Source of the DNA: Parachlamydiales bacterium
GTDB lineage: Bacteria; Chlamydiota; Chlamydiia; Chlamydiales; Parachlamydiaceae
Length of the DNA stretch: 41,419 nucleotides
Direction: 5' to 3'
Assembly: GCA_020051075.1 (NCBI GenBank)
Contig: JAGVJP010000083.1
Span: forward strand, 1 to 41,419
Shown here: positions 1 through 10,938 of the stretch, one piece after another
Numbering within the stretch: the stretch's first letter is position 1
Layout: the number at the start of each line of letters is the position of its first letter
Translations under genes and position numbers: made by a program
The notes under the pieces: model-generated
What the model was told of the DNA's origin: nothing
The model's database searches: none
What the model saw: only the letters and a program-made list of their open reading frames with translations

Positions 1-955
<955 letters not shown>

Positions 956-970
956 ATAACGGAGTCATTT

Positions 971-1501
971 ATGCGTATTCTTGTTTTCTGCGATGCGATA
1001 ATGAAATTTGTGAAATTCGCATTCATTTTTGTTGTAATGATTTGTATTCATCAAGATGTGGCAGCAAGTAGAATACAACATATCGCTCCGCAGCTATTAG
1101 TGAATGCAAATGGAGATTCAGTCACTATCTGGAGGTGTTCCAAAAAGAATGAAAAATATTGTGTTCAAGCTTCACAGAAGCTGAAACAAAGATGGTCTAC
1201 GGCACATGACGTTTCAGATGACGTCTCGTATCTTGGGAATGTCCAAGCTCAAATGGACGAATCAGGAACGGTTTTGGTGACATGGACTCAGATCAATCAT
1301 CAGACGCAACAATTTCAGGTTTATTCAAATACTTTTAAATCTGGCCGTTGGGGTAAACCTACTGTTGTTTCTGGATTAAACGAAAGGGTAGAAGGTTGTG
1401 TTTCTAGCGCAATTAATAACGGACATTCGGAAATACTATGGAATTCCTACAAAGACGATGACTTACTGATTCATTTCTCAGATGAAGCCGCACAACCATA
1501 A
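971..1501 (+). CDS. Hypothetical secreted beta-rich protein, paralog of the downstream gene
   Basis: GGAG RBS before the ATG; hydrophobic N-terminal signal-like segment; shares APQ(L/I)..(N/D)..G....W and W....VS motifs with 1564..2112. Confidence 0.7.
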   Translation: MRILVFCDAIMKFVKFAFIFVVMICIHQDVAASRIQHIAPQLLVNANGDSVTIWRCSKKNEKYCVQASQKLKQRWSTAHDVSDDVSYLGNVQAQMDESGTVLVTWTQINHQTQQFQVYSNTFKSGRWGKPTVVSGLNERVEGCVSSAINNGHSEILWNSYKDDDLLIHFSDEAAQP

Positions 1502-1563
1502 CATTTTTCTTGTTTTCATTTGTATGTGAAAACATGGTTGCGAAAAAAATATTGGAGGTCATT

Positions 1564-2112
1564 ATGATCTATGAGATAAGAAATGCGGTAAAATGTTTGT
1601 TTGTTTCCATGGTGCTAATCATGAGCGGAAATCATTTATCTGCGACAATATTCATGGTTGCGCCACAGATTGTCATCGACAGCAGTGGCAATGCCACCGC
1701 AGTTTGGCTTAACATAACTGATACACAGACTGACGTGAATTCAGCTTATAAGCCTGTTGGAAATAGCTGGGGTTCCGAAGTCACCATTTCTTCAGGGAGT
1801 GCCCCATACTTCTCTAATCTTCAGGTTCAAATCGATGCTGATGGGAATGTTGTCGCAGGTTGGATAGGCATTGACAGTGTTAATGAGGTTTTTAGCATTT
1901 TTTCCAATACTTGGGATGCCACAAATCTAGAATGGGTTGGTGCTGATCAGGTTTCTGAAGTGGCTGTCGGTGTTGAGGGGAACTTCACTATCGGGATCAA
2001 TGGAGGAGATGGACAAGCGGTTTGGAGCTCATTCGATGGCGAAGATCTCTTGCTTTTCACAAATACTGCAGCTTTAGGTTCTTGGGGTGGCTCTCCGGTG
2101 ACCTTGCCTTAA
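1564..2112 (+). CDS. Hypothetical secreted acidic beta-rich protein (propeller-blade-like repeats)
   Basis: GGAGG RBS at 1554-1558 favours ATG 1564 over TTG 1510; signal-like segment; repeated units such as PQIVIDSSGNATAVW and VQIDADGNVVAGW. Confidence 0.72.
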   Translation: MIYEIRNAVKCLFVSMVLIMSGNHLSATIFMVAPQIVIDSSGNATAVWLNITDTQTDVNSAYKPVGNSWGSEVTISSGSAPYFSNLQVQIDADGNVVAGWIGIDSVNEVFSIFSNTWDATNLEWVGADQVSEVAVGVEGNFTIGINGGDGQAVWSSFDGEDLLLFTNTAALGSWGGSPVTLP

Positions 2113-2161
2113 TGGCTGCCGTCAGTTAGACTGCCAGAATTCTACAGTCTAATGTTCTTGG

Positions 2162-2197
2162 ATCCGATTTTTCTAACAGAAAATCGGATTTTTTTTT
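2162..2197 (+). terminator. Intrinsic terminator after the collagen-like gene cluster
   Basis: atccgatttt / aaaatcggat 10-bp stem followed by a T run. Confidence 0.75.
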
Positions 2198-2528
2198 GTC
2201 TATTTTCGGTTCAAGTGGACAAGGGGATACACCTGGCTTTTTTGCCGGGTGTTAGGAGAGTATAACACATCAGGCTTGCCGACTTGTAAAAGAAGCAGAG
2301 AATAATCGAGAAAATTTTTGTGGATGGCACTGCCTTCTTTAAGGAGAAAGACATAAGGATGGGTTAGATGTTCATTTGGCTTTGATTTTGACTCTTTCAT
2401 GCTTGAGATCATCTTTGATTGATTGATGTTTATTATAAGGCTTGAGGCCATTTTTTGGAAAGGAAAAATATTGGAATTGACTGGCTTGGCTGATGCACGA
2501 TGAAAGAACCAGAGAGAGAGACCCCATG

Positions 2529-3356
2529 TTAGTCTAAATGACAACTGATATTTTTATAAAGCTCCCGTTTGGGCAGCCCCCTCAATTCTGCAACAAGCTT
2601 AATCGCCTCTTTCCTGGTGAGCTGATACGTTTTCTCGGCCCAGTACACATGTTCTTCAGGAGAGAATGTCTCCCAGGTCGTTGCTGCTTCTTCAGTGGGA
2701 GGGCCGATGAGAAGGACAATTTCCCCTTTAGGAGGGGCTGTTTGCCAATGGTGGAGCAGCGTGTCTGCTGTCCCGCGAATGAATTCTTCAAATTTTTTAG
2801 TCAGCTCCCTTCCGACAACGAGGGCTCTTTCTGGCGCTATCGTCTGAATCAACGTCAATGTTTTGATCAGTCGGTGCGGTGTCTCATAGCAGATCGTCGT
2901 TCCGGGATAAGATAGAATTGTCAGCAGCTCTTTTTTTAATTCATTTTCTTTTCTTTTAAGAAATCCCCAAAATTGAAAGGGCGTTGTCGGAAATCCTGAA
3001 CAGCTCATCGCTTGGATCGCTGCACAAGGACCTGGAATGGCTTGAACAGAGATGTTCTCAGCGATGCATTGCTGCACGAGGAATTCTCCGGGGTCAGCAA
3101 TGGCAGGAGTGCCTGCATCGGAGATGAGGCAGATGATTTTTCCCGATTTTAGGTCTTCTATGATGCCCTGTGATCGAGAAGCTTCATTGAACTTATGATA
3201 GCTTTTGACAGGTTTCACAATCGCATAATGTTTGAGGAGATGGCAGCTATGGCGGGTGTCTTCGCAGAGGATGTAATCGCAGGCTTTTAGGACTTCAATC
3301 GCCCTTAGAGTGATATCAGAGAGGTTTCCGATAGGTGTTGCAACGAGATAGAGCAC
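2529..3356 (-). CDS. rsmI: 16S rRNA (cytidine1402-2'-O)-methyltransferase
   Basis: LYLVATPIGNLSDIT, CEDTR, SDAGTPAIADPG, IPGPCA, YETPHR, RELTKKFEE motifs; GTG start. Confidence 0.96.
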   Translation of the reverse strand: MLYLVATPIGNLSDITLRAIEVLKACDYILCEDTRHSCHLLKHYAIVKPVKSYHKFNEASRSQGIIEDLKSGKIICLISDAGTPAIADPGEFLVQQCIAENISVQAIPGPCAAIQAMSCSGFPTTPFQFWGFLKRKENELKKELLTILSYPGTTICYETPHRLIKTLTLIQTIAPERALVVGRELTKKFEEFIRGTADTLLHHWQTAPPKGEIVLLIGPPTEEAATTWETFSPEEHVYWAEKTYQLTRKEAIKLVAELRGLPKRELYKNISCHLD

Positions 3357-3381
3357 AGATATTCGTAGAAAATGTTGGGAA

Positions 3382-3453
3382 AGGTGGCACCCAGATTCGA
3401 ACTGGGGGATGGAAGCTTTGCAGGCTTCTGCCTTACCACTTGGCTATGCCACC
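3382..3453 (-). tRNA. tRNA-Cys (GCA), CCA not encoded
   Basis: Reverse complement GGTGGCATAGCCAAGTGGTAAGGCAGAAGCCTGCAAAGCTTCCATCCCCCAGTTCGAATCTGGGTGCCACCT: acceptor stem, D arm, GCA anticodon, TTCGAAT T loop, U discriminator. Confidence 0.97.
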
Positions 3454-3467
3454 AGGGTAATAGCAAA

Positions 3468-3497
3468 CTTATACACAAATGGGTTTGATTGAGTCAA
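3468..3497 (-). promoter_or_regulatory. Candidate sigma70-type (sigma66) promoter for tRNA-Cys/rsmI
   Basis: TTGACT-N18-TATAAG, 14 nt upstream of the tRNA 5' end. Confidence 0.5.
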
Positions 3498-3525
3498 GAG
3501 ATTTATAGAATAATTTGCAGAAATG

Positions 3526-3780
3526 TAACAGGATAGGCAAAAAGGGCAAAACAGGATAGATAAAAGGGGCAAAACAGGATAGGCAGGATAGGTAGGATCG
3601 CTACGCGGCAGGATAAGCAAGATGATAGGCAAATGTCTAACAAAAAAATAGAGAAAAATCTATCTCATCTTATCATCACTATCTATCCCTATCCTGCCGC
3701 GAAGCGATCCTACCTATCCTGCCTATCCTGTTTTGCCCTTTTTGCTTATCTTGTCGCTTGTAATCTTGCCTATCTTGTTA
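3526..3780. repeat. CAGGATAGG-family palindromic element, copy 1
   Basis: Termini TAACAGGATAGGCAA / TTGCCTATCTTGTTA; cores GATCGCTACGCGGCAGG and CCTGCCGCGAAGCGATC; the right end contains the desaturase stop codon. Confidence 0.92.
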
Positions 3781-4917
3781 CGAGGCCATCAAGGGAATGG
3801 GAGCGAGCTTGCAAATATTGTGGGAAAGCTGCACCCATAGCTGCCAGTCTGTTTTGAGGGAACGTTTCAGATGATTGAGCTGAAGTTTGAGCTCTTTTAG
3901 CTGCTTGCTTTCGCAGCCTTCCCGCCGCAGTTTGCGGTAGTACTCCTTCAATTGGTTGAGTTCGCCGATTTCATTGACGATCCGTTCAGCAAGGTCTTGG
4001 ATAGTCTTTTCCAGCTCTTCTTTTTTGATATACCAGAGGTTGCATAGCCGATCGAGAAGGAGGGCTTTTCTTTCCAGAACCATCCGTTTTTTGATCGTGA
4101 AGGGATCCATCCGCTTCAGGTCGCTTGTCAGTCCCATTTTATTCAACGTCCAGATTAACCATTTGGTTGGATCAAAGTGGTACCAGCGAATCCCATTTCT
4201 GTAATCATTCGCAAAGGTATGGTGGAAGTTGTGGTAGCCTTCACCGAATGTGAGGAAAGAGATGACGTAATTATTGACTGCTGACTGTTCTTGGCAAAAC
4301 GGCTTGTCTCCCCAGGTGTGGGCGAGCGAATTGATAAACCAAGTGAAGTGGTGAAGGACGAAGATGCGAAGCCAGCAGGCGATGAAGAAAGCCCCTAGAT
4401 AGTCGTTCAGAAGGGCTCCAACGACGAAAAAGACGAGGACATTAGAGAGAACCATCGCAAGGCCGATGTGCTTGTGCTGAAATTGGACTAAAGGGTTTTT
4501 TGCCAGATCGGGAACGACTTTAGCATCAATAGGACGAGGTTTTTCTAAAATCCAGAGAAAATGGGCGTACCAGAATCCTTTCTGAATGGAGTATGGATCA
4601 TCATCGGTGTCGACATGGGCATGGTGTAAGCGGTGGTCGAACGACCAGCGCAAGGCGCTTCCCTGGCCTGACATCGATGCGAACAATAGGAGGAAAAACT
4701 CGACTACGCGATTGGTTCGGTAGGTGCGGTGAGAGTAGTAGCGGTGATAGCCGGCAGTGATGCTGAGTCCTGTGAGATAGAGGAGGAAGATTGAAATGGC
4801 GATCATGCCCCAAGAAGGGGTAGAGTAATAAAAATAAAATGGGAGGGAAATAACGAGGAGTGTTTGATAGATAATCAAAAATAGTCCTGGTCCCCAATTA
4901 AATTCTTTTTTATTCAT
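3778..4917 (-). CDS. Delta-9 acyl-CoA/acyl-lipid desaturase with C-terminal coiled coil
   Basis: His boxes HRYYSH, HRLHH and HNFHH; TFGEGYHNFHH and DPTKW motifs; start ATG 4917 or GTG 4929. Confidence 0.93.
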   Translation of the reverse strand: MNKKEFNWGPGLFLIIYQTLLVISLPFYFYYSTPSWGMIAISIFLLYLTGLSITAGYHRYYSHRTYRTNRVVEFFLLLFASMSGQGSALRWSFDHRLHHAHVDTDDDPYSIQKGFWYAHFLWILEKPRPIDAKVVPDLAKNPLVQFQHKHIGLAMVLSNVLVFFVVGALLNDYLGAFFIACWLRIFVLHHFTWFINSLAHTWGDKPFCQEQSAVNNYVISFLTFGEGYHNFHHTFANDYRNGIRWYHFDPTKWLIWTLNKMGLTSDLKRMDPFTIKKRMVLERKALLLDRLCNLWYIKKEELEKTIQDLAERIVNEIGELNQLKEYYRKLRREGCESKQLKELKLQLNHLKRSLKTDWQLWVQLSHNICKLAPIPLMAS

Positions 4918-5125
4918 CGAAATTCCCACACTTAAGGTGTTGTAAAATAGCGTGATAGAAGGAAAATTCTATCAAGTCATAATTATATGTCTTAAGAGAT
5001 TAAAGCGCAACGCCGATCTTCCTTCATTTTTTAACGCAAAGGAGCAAAAGAGGGGGAGGGTGTAAATAGTTACGCCTTGGTGAATATTTCTGGAAAAATT
5101 CACTGAAAAGATGTACTCTTTTTGC

Positions 5126-5707
5126 ATGATTTCATTAATTTTAGGCTCTGCCTCACCAAGAAGAAAAGAGATTCTCTCACTATTCAAAATCCCTTTTCAA
5201 ACTATCGTGTCAAACTTCGATGAGGATTCTCATCCCTTCAAAGGTGATCCTTCACAATATGTTACGGAACTGTCTCAAGAAAAATCTTGGGCCATCCCCA
5301 ATACCGACTCCAATACTTTTGTCCTTACTGCCGACACGGTCGTTTATCGAGAAGGGCAGGTGTATAATAAAGCTAAAGATCGGGCAGATGCTCGTCGAAT
5401 GCTTTCAGAACTCAGCGGAAAATGGCACACCGTTTTCACTGGGGTATCTTTAAGAAAAGGCGATTGCATCGAAACTTTAGTCGACCGAACAGAAGTGGAG
5501 TTTGACGCGCTTAACTCTGAGGAAACAGAAATCTACCTGGACAAAGTGCACTGGCAAGATAAAGCAGGCGCCTATGGGATCCAAGATGGGGGAGCCCTTC
5601 TGATCAAAGAAATTCAGGGTTGTTATTACAATGTCAAGGGACTTCCTTTGGGAGTGTTGAAAACATTATTCCTCCGCTTCGATGTCGACCTTTGGAACTA
5701 CATCTAG
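5126..5707 (+). CDS. maf: Maf-family nucleoside triphosphate pyrophosphatase
   Basis: LILGSASPRR, TADTVV, DKAGAYGIQ, NVKGLP motifs; start 5126 or 5111. Confidence 0.93.
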   Translation: MISLILGSASPRRKEILSLFKIPFQTIVSNFDEDSHPFKGDPSQYVTELSQEKSWAIPNTDSNTFVLTADTVVYREGQVYNKAKDRADARRMLSELSGKWHTVFTGVSLRKGDCIETLVDRTEVEFDALNSEETEIYLDKVHWQDKAGAYGIQDGGALLIKEIQGCYYNVKGLPLGVLKTLFLRFDVDLWNYI

Positions 5708-5870
5708 TGTCTAATTGAATAAATAACTACGCGCAAAACTACGCCAAAGTCCCGGGGTTGAATCGATCGTAAGTCATCTTGTATTTCTAATACTAGGTGA
5801 CTTACGATCGTTCAACCGCGGGAGCTTTCGCGCAGTTTTTCGCATAGTTATTTATGCAATTAGACACTAG
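5704..5870. mobile_element. 167-bp near-perfect palindrome bounded by CTAG (MITE/RPE-like)
   Basis: ~82-bp arms (ctagtgtctaattgaataaataac... / ...gttatttatgcaattagacactag) around a 3-nt loop; the left CTAG supplies the maf TAG. Mobility is inferred, not shown. Confidence 0.75.
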
Positions 5871-5942
5871 TCTTAAAAACCTAAGAATTTCTTCCTTTAA
5901 ATCATTTTGTCGTGTAAATTGTAGTTTTTTTGGACGGCCACT

Positions 5943-7292
5943 ATGCGCTCGATGAATATTTCTGCCATTGCGCAAATCTTGAAATCTCACTCTTTATCTT
6001 CCAGAGGCTTCATACAAGGGTATTCAACCGATTCTCGGACGATACGTCCAGGAGAGCTTTTTTTTGCCCTTAAAGGGGATCGTGTTGACGGCCATCACTA
6101 TCTATCCGAGGTACGTCGAAGAGGAGCTATCGGGGCTGTTGTCTCCAAAGACTATACTCTCCCTTTTGAAGGAATGCCTTTGATTGCTGTTGACGACCCT
6201 TTGATGGCTTTGCAGGAACTTGTACAAGAGGTTCTTAAACAAAAGAGGCAGCGGATCATTGGAGTGACCGGGTCGATAGGGAAGACGTCGTCCAAAGATT
6301 TCATCTATGCGTTGTTATCGACAAGGTATCGTGTTGCGGTGTCTCCAGGCAATAGCAACTCCCAAGTAGGGTTGCCTCTCAGCATTCTCAATCATACGAG
6401 CGGCGAGGAAGATCTCCTCGTTTTGGAGATGGGGATGACTCATCCTGGACAGATTCGCCGTTTAATTGAAATAGCGCCTCCAGAAGTTGCTCTGATCAAT
6501 ACCGTTGCGTTGGTCCATGCAACTAATTTTGAAGCTCTTGAAGATATCGCTCGGGCTAAAGCTGAAATTTTCTTGTCTCCTCAGACGAAATTGGGGATTC
6601 TTCATCAGGATATTCCAAATTATTTGGAGCTTTGCAAGATGGGAAGCTGTCAAAAGATCTCCTTCTCAACTGTTTCTAAAGAGGCTGAATACTACTTAGA
6701 TTGTTCAAAAGGGGAGGAGCTGCATGTCAAATCAGAGAATAGAACGGTTGCTTTGAGTTCTCTGACTCTCCCAGGAAAACACAATTGGCATAACCTTCTC
6801 GGAGCTATAGCTGTAGCGAGATATTTCGATGTGGATTGGAACGTCATCAATGATGTCATCCCTTCTTTGAAGCTTCCAGAGCGACGCCTCCAATTCATTC
6901 AGCGAGAAGGCGTCCTCTTCCTAAACGACTCTTATAATGCCTCAGAACATTCTGTGAAGGCGGCATTAGAGACACTGCCAAACGCTGCGGAAGCGGGAAG
7001 GAAGATTGCTGTTTTGGGAAGCATGCTCGAACTTGGAAAATTCTCAGATGCATGCCATCAGCGCGTGGGAGAATATGCCTTACAGCATGTTGATCTGATG
7101 TTCTGCCTCGGAGATGAATGTCAGCCTATCTACGACGTTTGGATGCATGCTGGAAGGCCGGTGAGACTATTTCATCAAAGGGCTGATTTGGTGGCTTCCC
7201 TGAAAAAAGAACTTCGCCCTTACGATGTTGTCCTCCTTAAGGGGTCGAGGTCAAAAGAAATGTGGAAAGTTTTAGACGAGCTGGATTTATGA
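5943..7292 (+). CDS. murF: UDP-N-acetylmuramoyl-tripeptide--D-Ala-D-Ala ligase
   Basis: TDSR, LFFALKG..DGH, GVTGSIGKT, VLEMGM, NDSYNAS, LLKGSR motifs. Confidence 0.96.
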   Translation: MRSMNISAIAQILKSHSLSSRGFIQGYSTDSRTIRPGELFFALKGDRVDGHHYLSEVRRRGAIGAVVSKDYTLPFEGMPLIAVDDPLMALQELVQEVLKQKRQRIIGVTGSIGKTSSKDFIYALLSTRYRVAVSPGNSNSQVGLPLSILNHTSGEEDLLVLEMGMTHPGQIRRLIEIAPPEVALINTVALVHATNFEALEDIARAKAEIFLSPQTKLGILHQDIPNYLELCKMGSCQKISFSTVSKEAEYYLDCSKGEELHVKSENRTVALSSLTLPGKHNWHNLLGAIAVARYFDVDWNVINDVIPSLKLPERRLQFIQREGVLFLNDSYNASEHSVKAALETLPNAAEAGRKIAVLGSMLELGKFSDACHQRVGEYALQHVDLMFCLGDECQPIYDVWMHAGRPVRLFHQRADLVASLKKELRPYDVVLLKGSRSKEMWKVLDELDL

Positions 7293-8509
7293 TCTTATTC
7301 CTCATTCAGCTGTTGAAAGAATATTACGACTGGAAAATTCCTGCTGTCTTTGGCTATTTCTCCACGCGGATGATCCTTGCTGCGGCGACGGCATTGCTGT
7401 TGAGCATATTTCTCGGACCTTTCTTCATACGGAAACTCTATGAGTTAAAGATTGGGCAGCCCATCCGCAAGGATGAATGTCCCCTGCTTGGTCAATTACA
7501 TCAGAAGAAGGAAAATACCCCGACGATGGGGGGGATTTTGATCCTCTTCTCCATGGTTGTCTCTTTGTTCCTTTGGATGGATCTCACCCATATTTTTACT
7601 CTGATCCTTTTGTTGACCACGCTTTTTTTGGGGGTGATGGGAGGTCGAGACGACTATTTGAAGCTTAAGTATAAAAACTCCAAAGGGATGTCTGCGCGTC
7701 GAAAGCTATTTTTTCAGTTCCTCCTCTCAGGATTGATCATCTCATATTTCTTATGGTCTCCCATCAACGAGGGAATGGCAGTGGGCGAATGGTTTAATCC
7801 TCCTGTCATTAAAGAAAACGTCGTTTCACAAGATCTCGGTGGACGCAGCATTGTGAAAACTCTCTCGTTAGAGGAATATGCTGGGCGTCTCTACTTCCCA
7901 TTTATTAAAGAACCTATTTTCATTGCAGGGGGCTTCTCGCTCCTTTTGATGGCAGGGTTCATGGCTCTTGTGATCACAGGGTCTTCTAATGCCACGAATT
8001 TGACTGACGGGCTGGATGGTTTAGCAGCCGGGTGTTTGATCATGGCTGCGGCAGCTTTGACGCTCATTGCTTTTGTGTCCAACCACCTTGAGATTGCCCG
8101 CTATCTCAATATTCTCTACATTGAAGGGAGCGGTGAAATTGCCATCTATCTGAGTGCGATGATCGGTGCCTGCATCGGCTTTCTTTGGTATAATAGCCAT
8201 CCCGCGCAAGTGTTTATGGGCGACATCGGGTCGTTGACTTTAGGGGGAATCATCGGCGTCTCGGCGGTGTTATTGAAGAGGGAGTTTCTCCTTGGCATTG
8301 TGGGTGGGATCTTCGTCATCGAAGCTCTCTCAGTGATCTTGCAGGTTGCCAGCTATCGCCTCCGCAATAAAAAGCGGATCTTCCTCATCGCCCCTCTCCA
8401 CCACCACTTTGAATATAAAGGATGGCCTGAGACGAAGGTGGTGATTCGCTTTTGGATCATTGCTCTGCTCTTTGCAATGATTGGCGTGGCTTCATTAAAG
8501 TTTCAGTGA
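7289..8509 (+). CDS. mraY: Phospho-N-acetylmuramoyl-pentapeptide transferase
   Basis: TPTMGG, NATNLTDGLDGL, VFMGDIGSL, APLHHHFE; ATGA overlap with the murF stop. Confidence 0.97.
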   Translation: MILFLIQLLKEYYDWKIPAVFGYFSTRMILAAATALLLSIFLGPFFIRKLYELKIGQPIRKDECPLLGQLHQKKENTPTMGGILILFSMVVSLFLWMDLTHIFTLILLLTTLFLGVMGGRDDYLKLKYKNSKGMSARRKLFFQFLLSGLIISYFLWSPINEGMAVGEWFNPPVIKENVVSQDLGGRSIVKTLSLEEYAGRLYFPFIKEPIFIAGGFSLLLMAGFMALVITGSSNATNLTDGLDGLAAGCLIMAAAALTLIAFVSNHLEIARYLNILYIEGSGEIAIYLSAMIGACIGFLWYNSHPAQVFMGDIGSLTLGGIIGVSAVLLKREFLLGIVGGIFVIEALSVILQVASYRLRNKKRIFLIAPLHHHFEYKGWPETKVVIRFWIIALLFAMIGVASLKFQ

Positions 8510-8529
8510 TGCGGCTGAGACAGAGATGC

Positions 8530-8808
8530 ACAGGATAAGCAAAAGGACAAAACAAGATAAGCAAAAGGACAAAAACAGGATAGGTAGGATTGCTTCGCGG
8601 CAGGATAGGCAGGATAAAAAACAGGATAAGGAGGATGGGAAGGATGAAAAAATAGAGGATGATTGCCTCTTTCTTTTTGCATTATTCAAGAAAGGTACTT
8701 GATCTTACTCCTATTTTATTATCCTTTTTTATCTTGCTTATCCTGCCGCGAAGCGATCCTGCCCATCCTGTTTTTGTTGTTTATCCTGCTTATCTTGTTT
8801 TGTCCCTT
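8530..8808. repeat. CAGGATAGG-family palindromic element, copy 2 (between mraY and murD)
   Basis: Purine-rich left arm with GATTGCTTCGCGGCAGGATAGG, AT-rich spacer, right arm CCTGCCGCGAAGCGATCCTG. Confidence 0.92.
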
Positions 8809-8823
8809 AATGTTTGTTAAAAA

Positions 8824-10221
8824 ATGATCGAAGCGGGTAAACTTTCAGTTTTTGATGGCGGGCTGGTCAACTTGGTTACTTTTTCAATTTCAGACAAAAG
8901 CAGAGTGTTAGTCTTAGGGATGGGACTGAGTGGACGTTCCGCTGCTCGTTTCCTGCTGTCTCATGGAGCTTCGGTCGTTGGCGTCGATAGAAATCGACGC
9001 CTCTTTGAAACCGAACCCGACATTCAAGTTCTTGGAGCCTTAGGCTTGAAGACAATGACTGAAGAAGAATGCGGCGATGTCACCCACTTTGATTTTGTTG
9101 TCGCTTCGCCAGGAGTTCCAGGGTCGCATCCTCTTTTGCAGAAAGCCAATCTGAATGGTGTTGAAGTGATGGGCGAGATAGAGCTCGGCTGCCGTCTGGC
9201 TTCTCAAGGCATGATCGCAATCACAGGCACTAATGGGAAGACAACAACGACGCTTTTAACAGAGCATGTGTTAGCGGAGTCCGGGCGGAAGGTTAAAGCA
9301 CTCGGCAACGTCGGCGCCCCATTGACCCAAGAGCTGCTTGCCTTGCCGGCTGATGTAAACATCGTTCTTGAATTGAGTTCTTTTCAGCTGGAGAGTCTGA
9401 TGCAACAGCGCTTGCACGGAGGGGTTATTTTAAATATCACACCCGATCACTTAGACCGTTATGCTTCCATGGACGACTATGCTAAGGCGAAATGCCGTCT
9501 AGAAGACTGTTTAGCTGAAGGAGCGCCTCTATACATCGAAGAGGGAACATACAGCCATTACAGCCACTTTTTGAAGAGGGGCTCCTCCCATCGCTTATAC
9601 GGCTATCACCCTTCTTCATATATCTATTCCGATCTCAACGCTGTCTATCGAGAGGGGATTAAAGCGTTCGATCTCCCGTCAGCCCTGTGCGGAAAGCGAA
9701 GTCATGATCTTGAAAACAGCATGGCGGCTTATGCGTTGTGCGCAGATCAAGACATCTCCGGTGAACAGTTTCTCATGGCGTGGATGACCTATCAGAAACC
9801 TCCCCATCGGATCGAATTTGTCTTAGAGCATGGGGGCGTGAAATACTTCGATGACAGCAAAGGGACAAATATCGATGCTGTCATCAGAGCAGTGCAAGCT
9901 CTTCCCGGTCCGATCATTCTGATTGCCGGCGGCGTCGATAAAGGGGGAGCTTACACTCCGTGGCTCAGAGAATTTAAAAATAAAGTAAAATCCATTTGTG
10001 CAATTGGACAGGCAGCTGGTAAAATACAAGATCAGCTGCATGGAGAAATTGCTGTGATGACGTGTTCAACGATGCAGGATGCTGTGGAACATGCCCAGGA
10101 GAAGGCTGTGCCTGGCGATACTATCCTGCTTTCTCCTGGCTGTTCAAGTTATGACATGTATCGCGACTACGTTCATCGCGGAGAAGATTATCAGAGTATT
10201 GTTAGAAAAATGACCTGTTAA
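8824..10221 (+). CDS. murD: UDP-N-acetylmuramoyl-L-alanine--D-glutamate ligase
   Basis: GMGLSG, ITGTNGKTTT, ELSSFQL, NITPDHLDRY, DDSKGTN, LLSPGCSSYD; exact start uncertain. Confidence 0.96.
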   Translation: MIEAGKLSVFDGGLVNLVTFSISDKSRVLVLGMGLSGRSAARFLLSHGASVVGVDRNRRLFETEPDIQVLGALGLKTMTEEECGDVTHFDFVVASPGVPGSHPLLQKANLNGVEVMGEIELGCRLASQGMIAITGTNGKTTTTLLTEHVLAESGRKVKALGNVGAPLTQELLALPADVNIVLELSSFQLESLMQQRLHGGVILNITPDHLDRYASMDDYAKAKCRLEDCLAEGAPLYIEEGTYSHYSHFLKRGSSHRLYGYHPSSYIYSDLNAVYREGIKAFDLPSALCGKRSHDLENSMAAYALCADQDISGEQFLMAWMTYQKPPHRIEFVLEHGGVKYFDDSKGTNIDAVIRAVQALPGPIILIAGGVDKGGAYTPWLREFKNKVKSICAIGQAAGKIQDQLHGEIAVMTCSTMQDAVEHAQEKAVPGDTILLSPGCSSYDMYRDYVHRGEDYQSIVRKMTC

Positions 10222-10239
10222 GGTTTAGAGGAGTTCGAG

Positions 10240-10935
10240 ATGACAAGAAAAGACACCATCATGATTGCCGTTATCGTCAACGCATGTCTGCTGGCAATCC
10301 TATTTATTACAGCAGTGGTGTATGAAGAAGAGCAGGGGGCTTTTACTGCAGAGCCAAAAGTAGAGGGTAAAGGATCTTCAGAAACGTTGCCATCTTCTTC
10401 GCAAATCGCATCGATAGGGGATGAGGTCGATAACGTGCTGAAATATTATCACCATCCTGCTCCTCAACCTATTATCGTCGAAACGCCTTCTGAAATCTAT
10501 ATCCCTGAATCGCTGCCGGCTCATTACCATGCGATGGATGAGGAAGAGCCTCACCAACAGAATGCCAAGGGCTTCACAGAAGTGATCGTCAAGAAAGGAG
10601 ATGCCTTAGAGAAACTCGCGAAAGCGCATCACACCACTGTGGCTGCGATTAAACAGGCCAATCACTTGGAGAACGAGAAACTTTCCATTGGACAGCTATT
10701 GAAGATCCCACTGCAGAAGGAACCAAAAGCTGCCGATCCTCTGCCATCCACACCGGCACCGAAGAGCGAAGAAATCGTTTCAGCTGCTGTCTACCATGTC
10801 GTCAAAAGCGGAGACAGTCCATGGAAGATCGCAAAACAGTATAACGTCAATTATGAGGAAATTCTTCGTTTAAACAATCTCAACGAAGAGAAGGCAAAAA
10901 ATCTGAAAATTGGTGAACGCATCCGGGTCAAATGA
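10240..10935 (+). CDS. nlpD: Membrane-anchored protein with two LysM domains (chlamydial NlpD)
   Basis: N-terminal TM segment; two LysM repeats (VKKGDALEKLAK...IGQLLKIP, VKSGDSPWKIAK...IGERIRV); position between murD and ftsW as in Chlamydia. Confidence 0.85.
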   Translation: MTRKDTIMIAVIVNACLLAILFITAVVYEEEQGAFTAEPKVEGKGSSETLPSSSQIASIGDEVDNVLKYYHHPAPQPIIVETPSEIYIPESLPAHYHAMDEEEPHQQNAKGFTEVIVKKGDALEKLAKAHHTTVAAIKQANHLENEKLSIGQLLKIPLQKEPKAADPLPSTPAPKSEEIVSAAVYHVVKSGDSPWKIAKQYNVNYEEILRLNNLNEEKAKNLKIGERIRVK

Positions 10936-10938
10936 TGC

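Noticed and set aside
2200..2544. 114-aa minus-strand ORF after rsmI (and a 51-aa ORF in another frame)
   Set aside because: No motif and no clear RBS; I cannot tell which frame, if any, is coding.
3382..3780. tRNA-Cys as integration site of a genomic island
   Set aside because: No duplicated tRNA 3' end and no integrase seen in the window; the palindrome lies on the tRNA 5' side.
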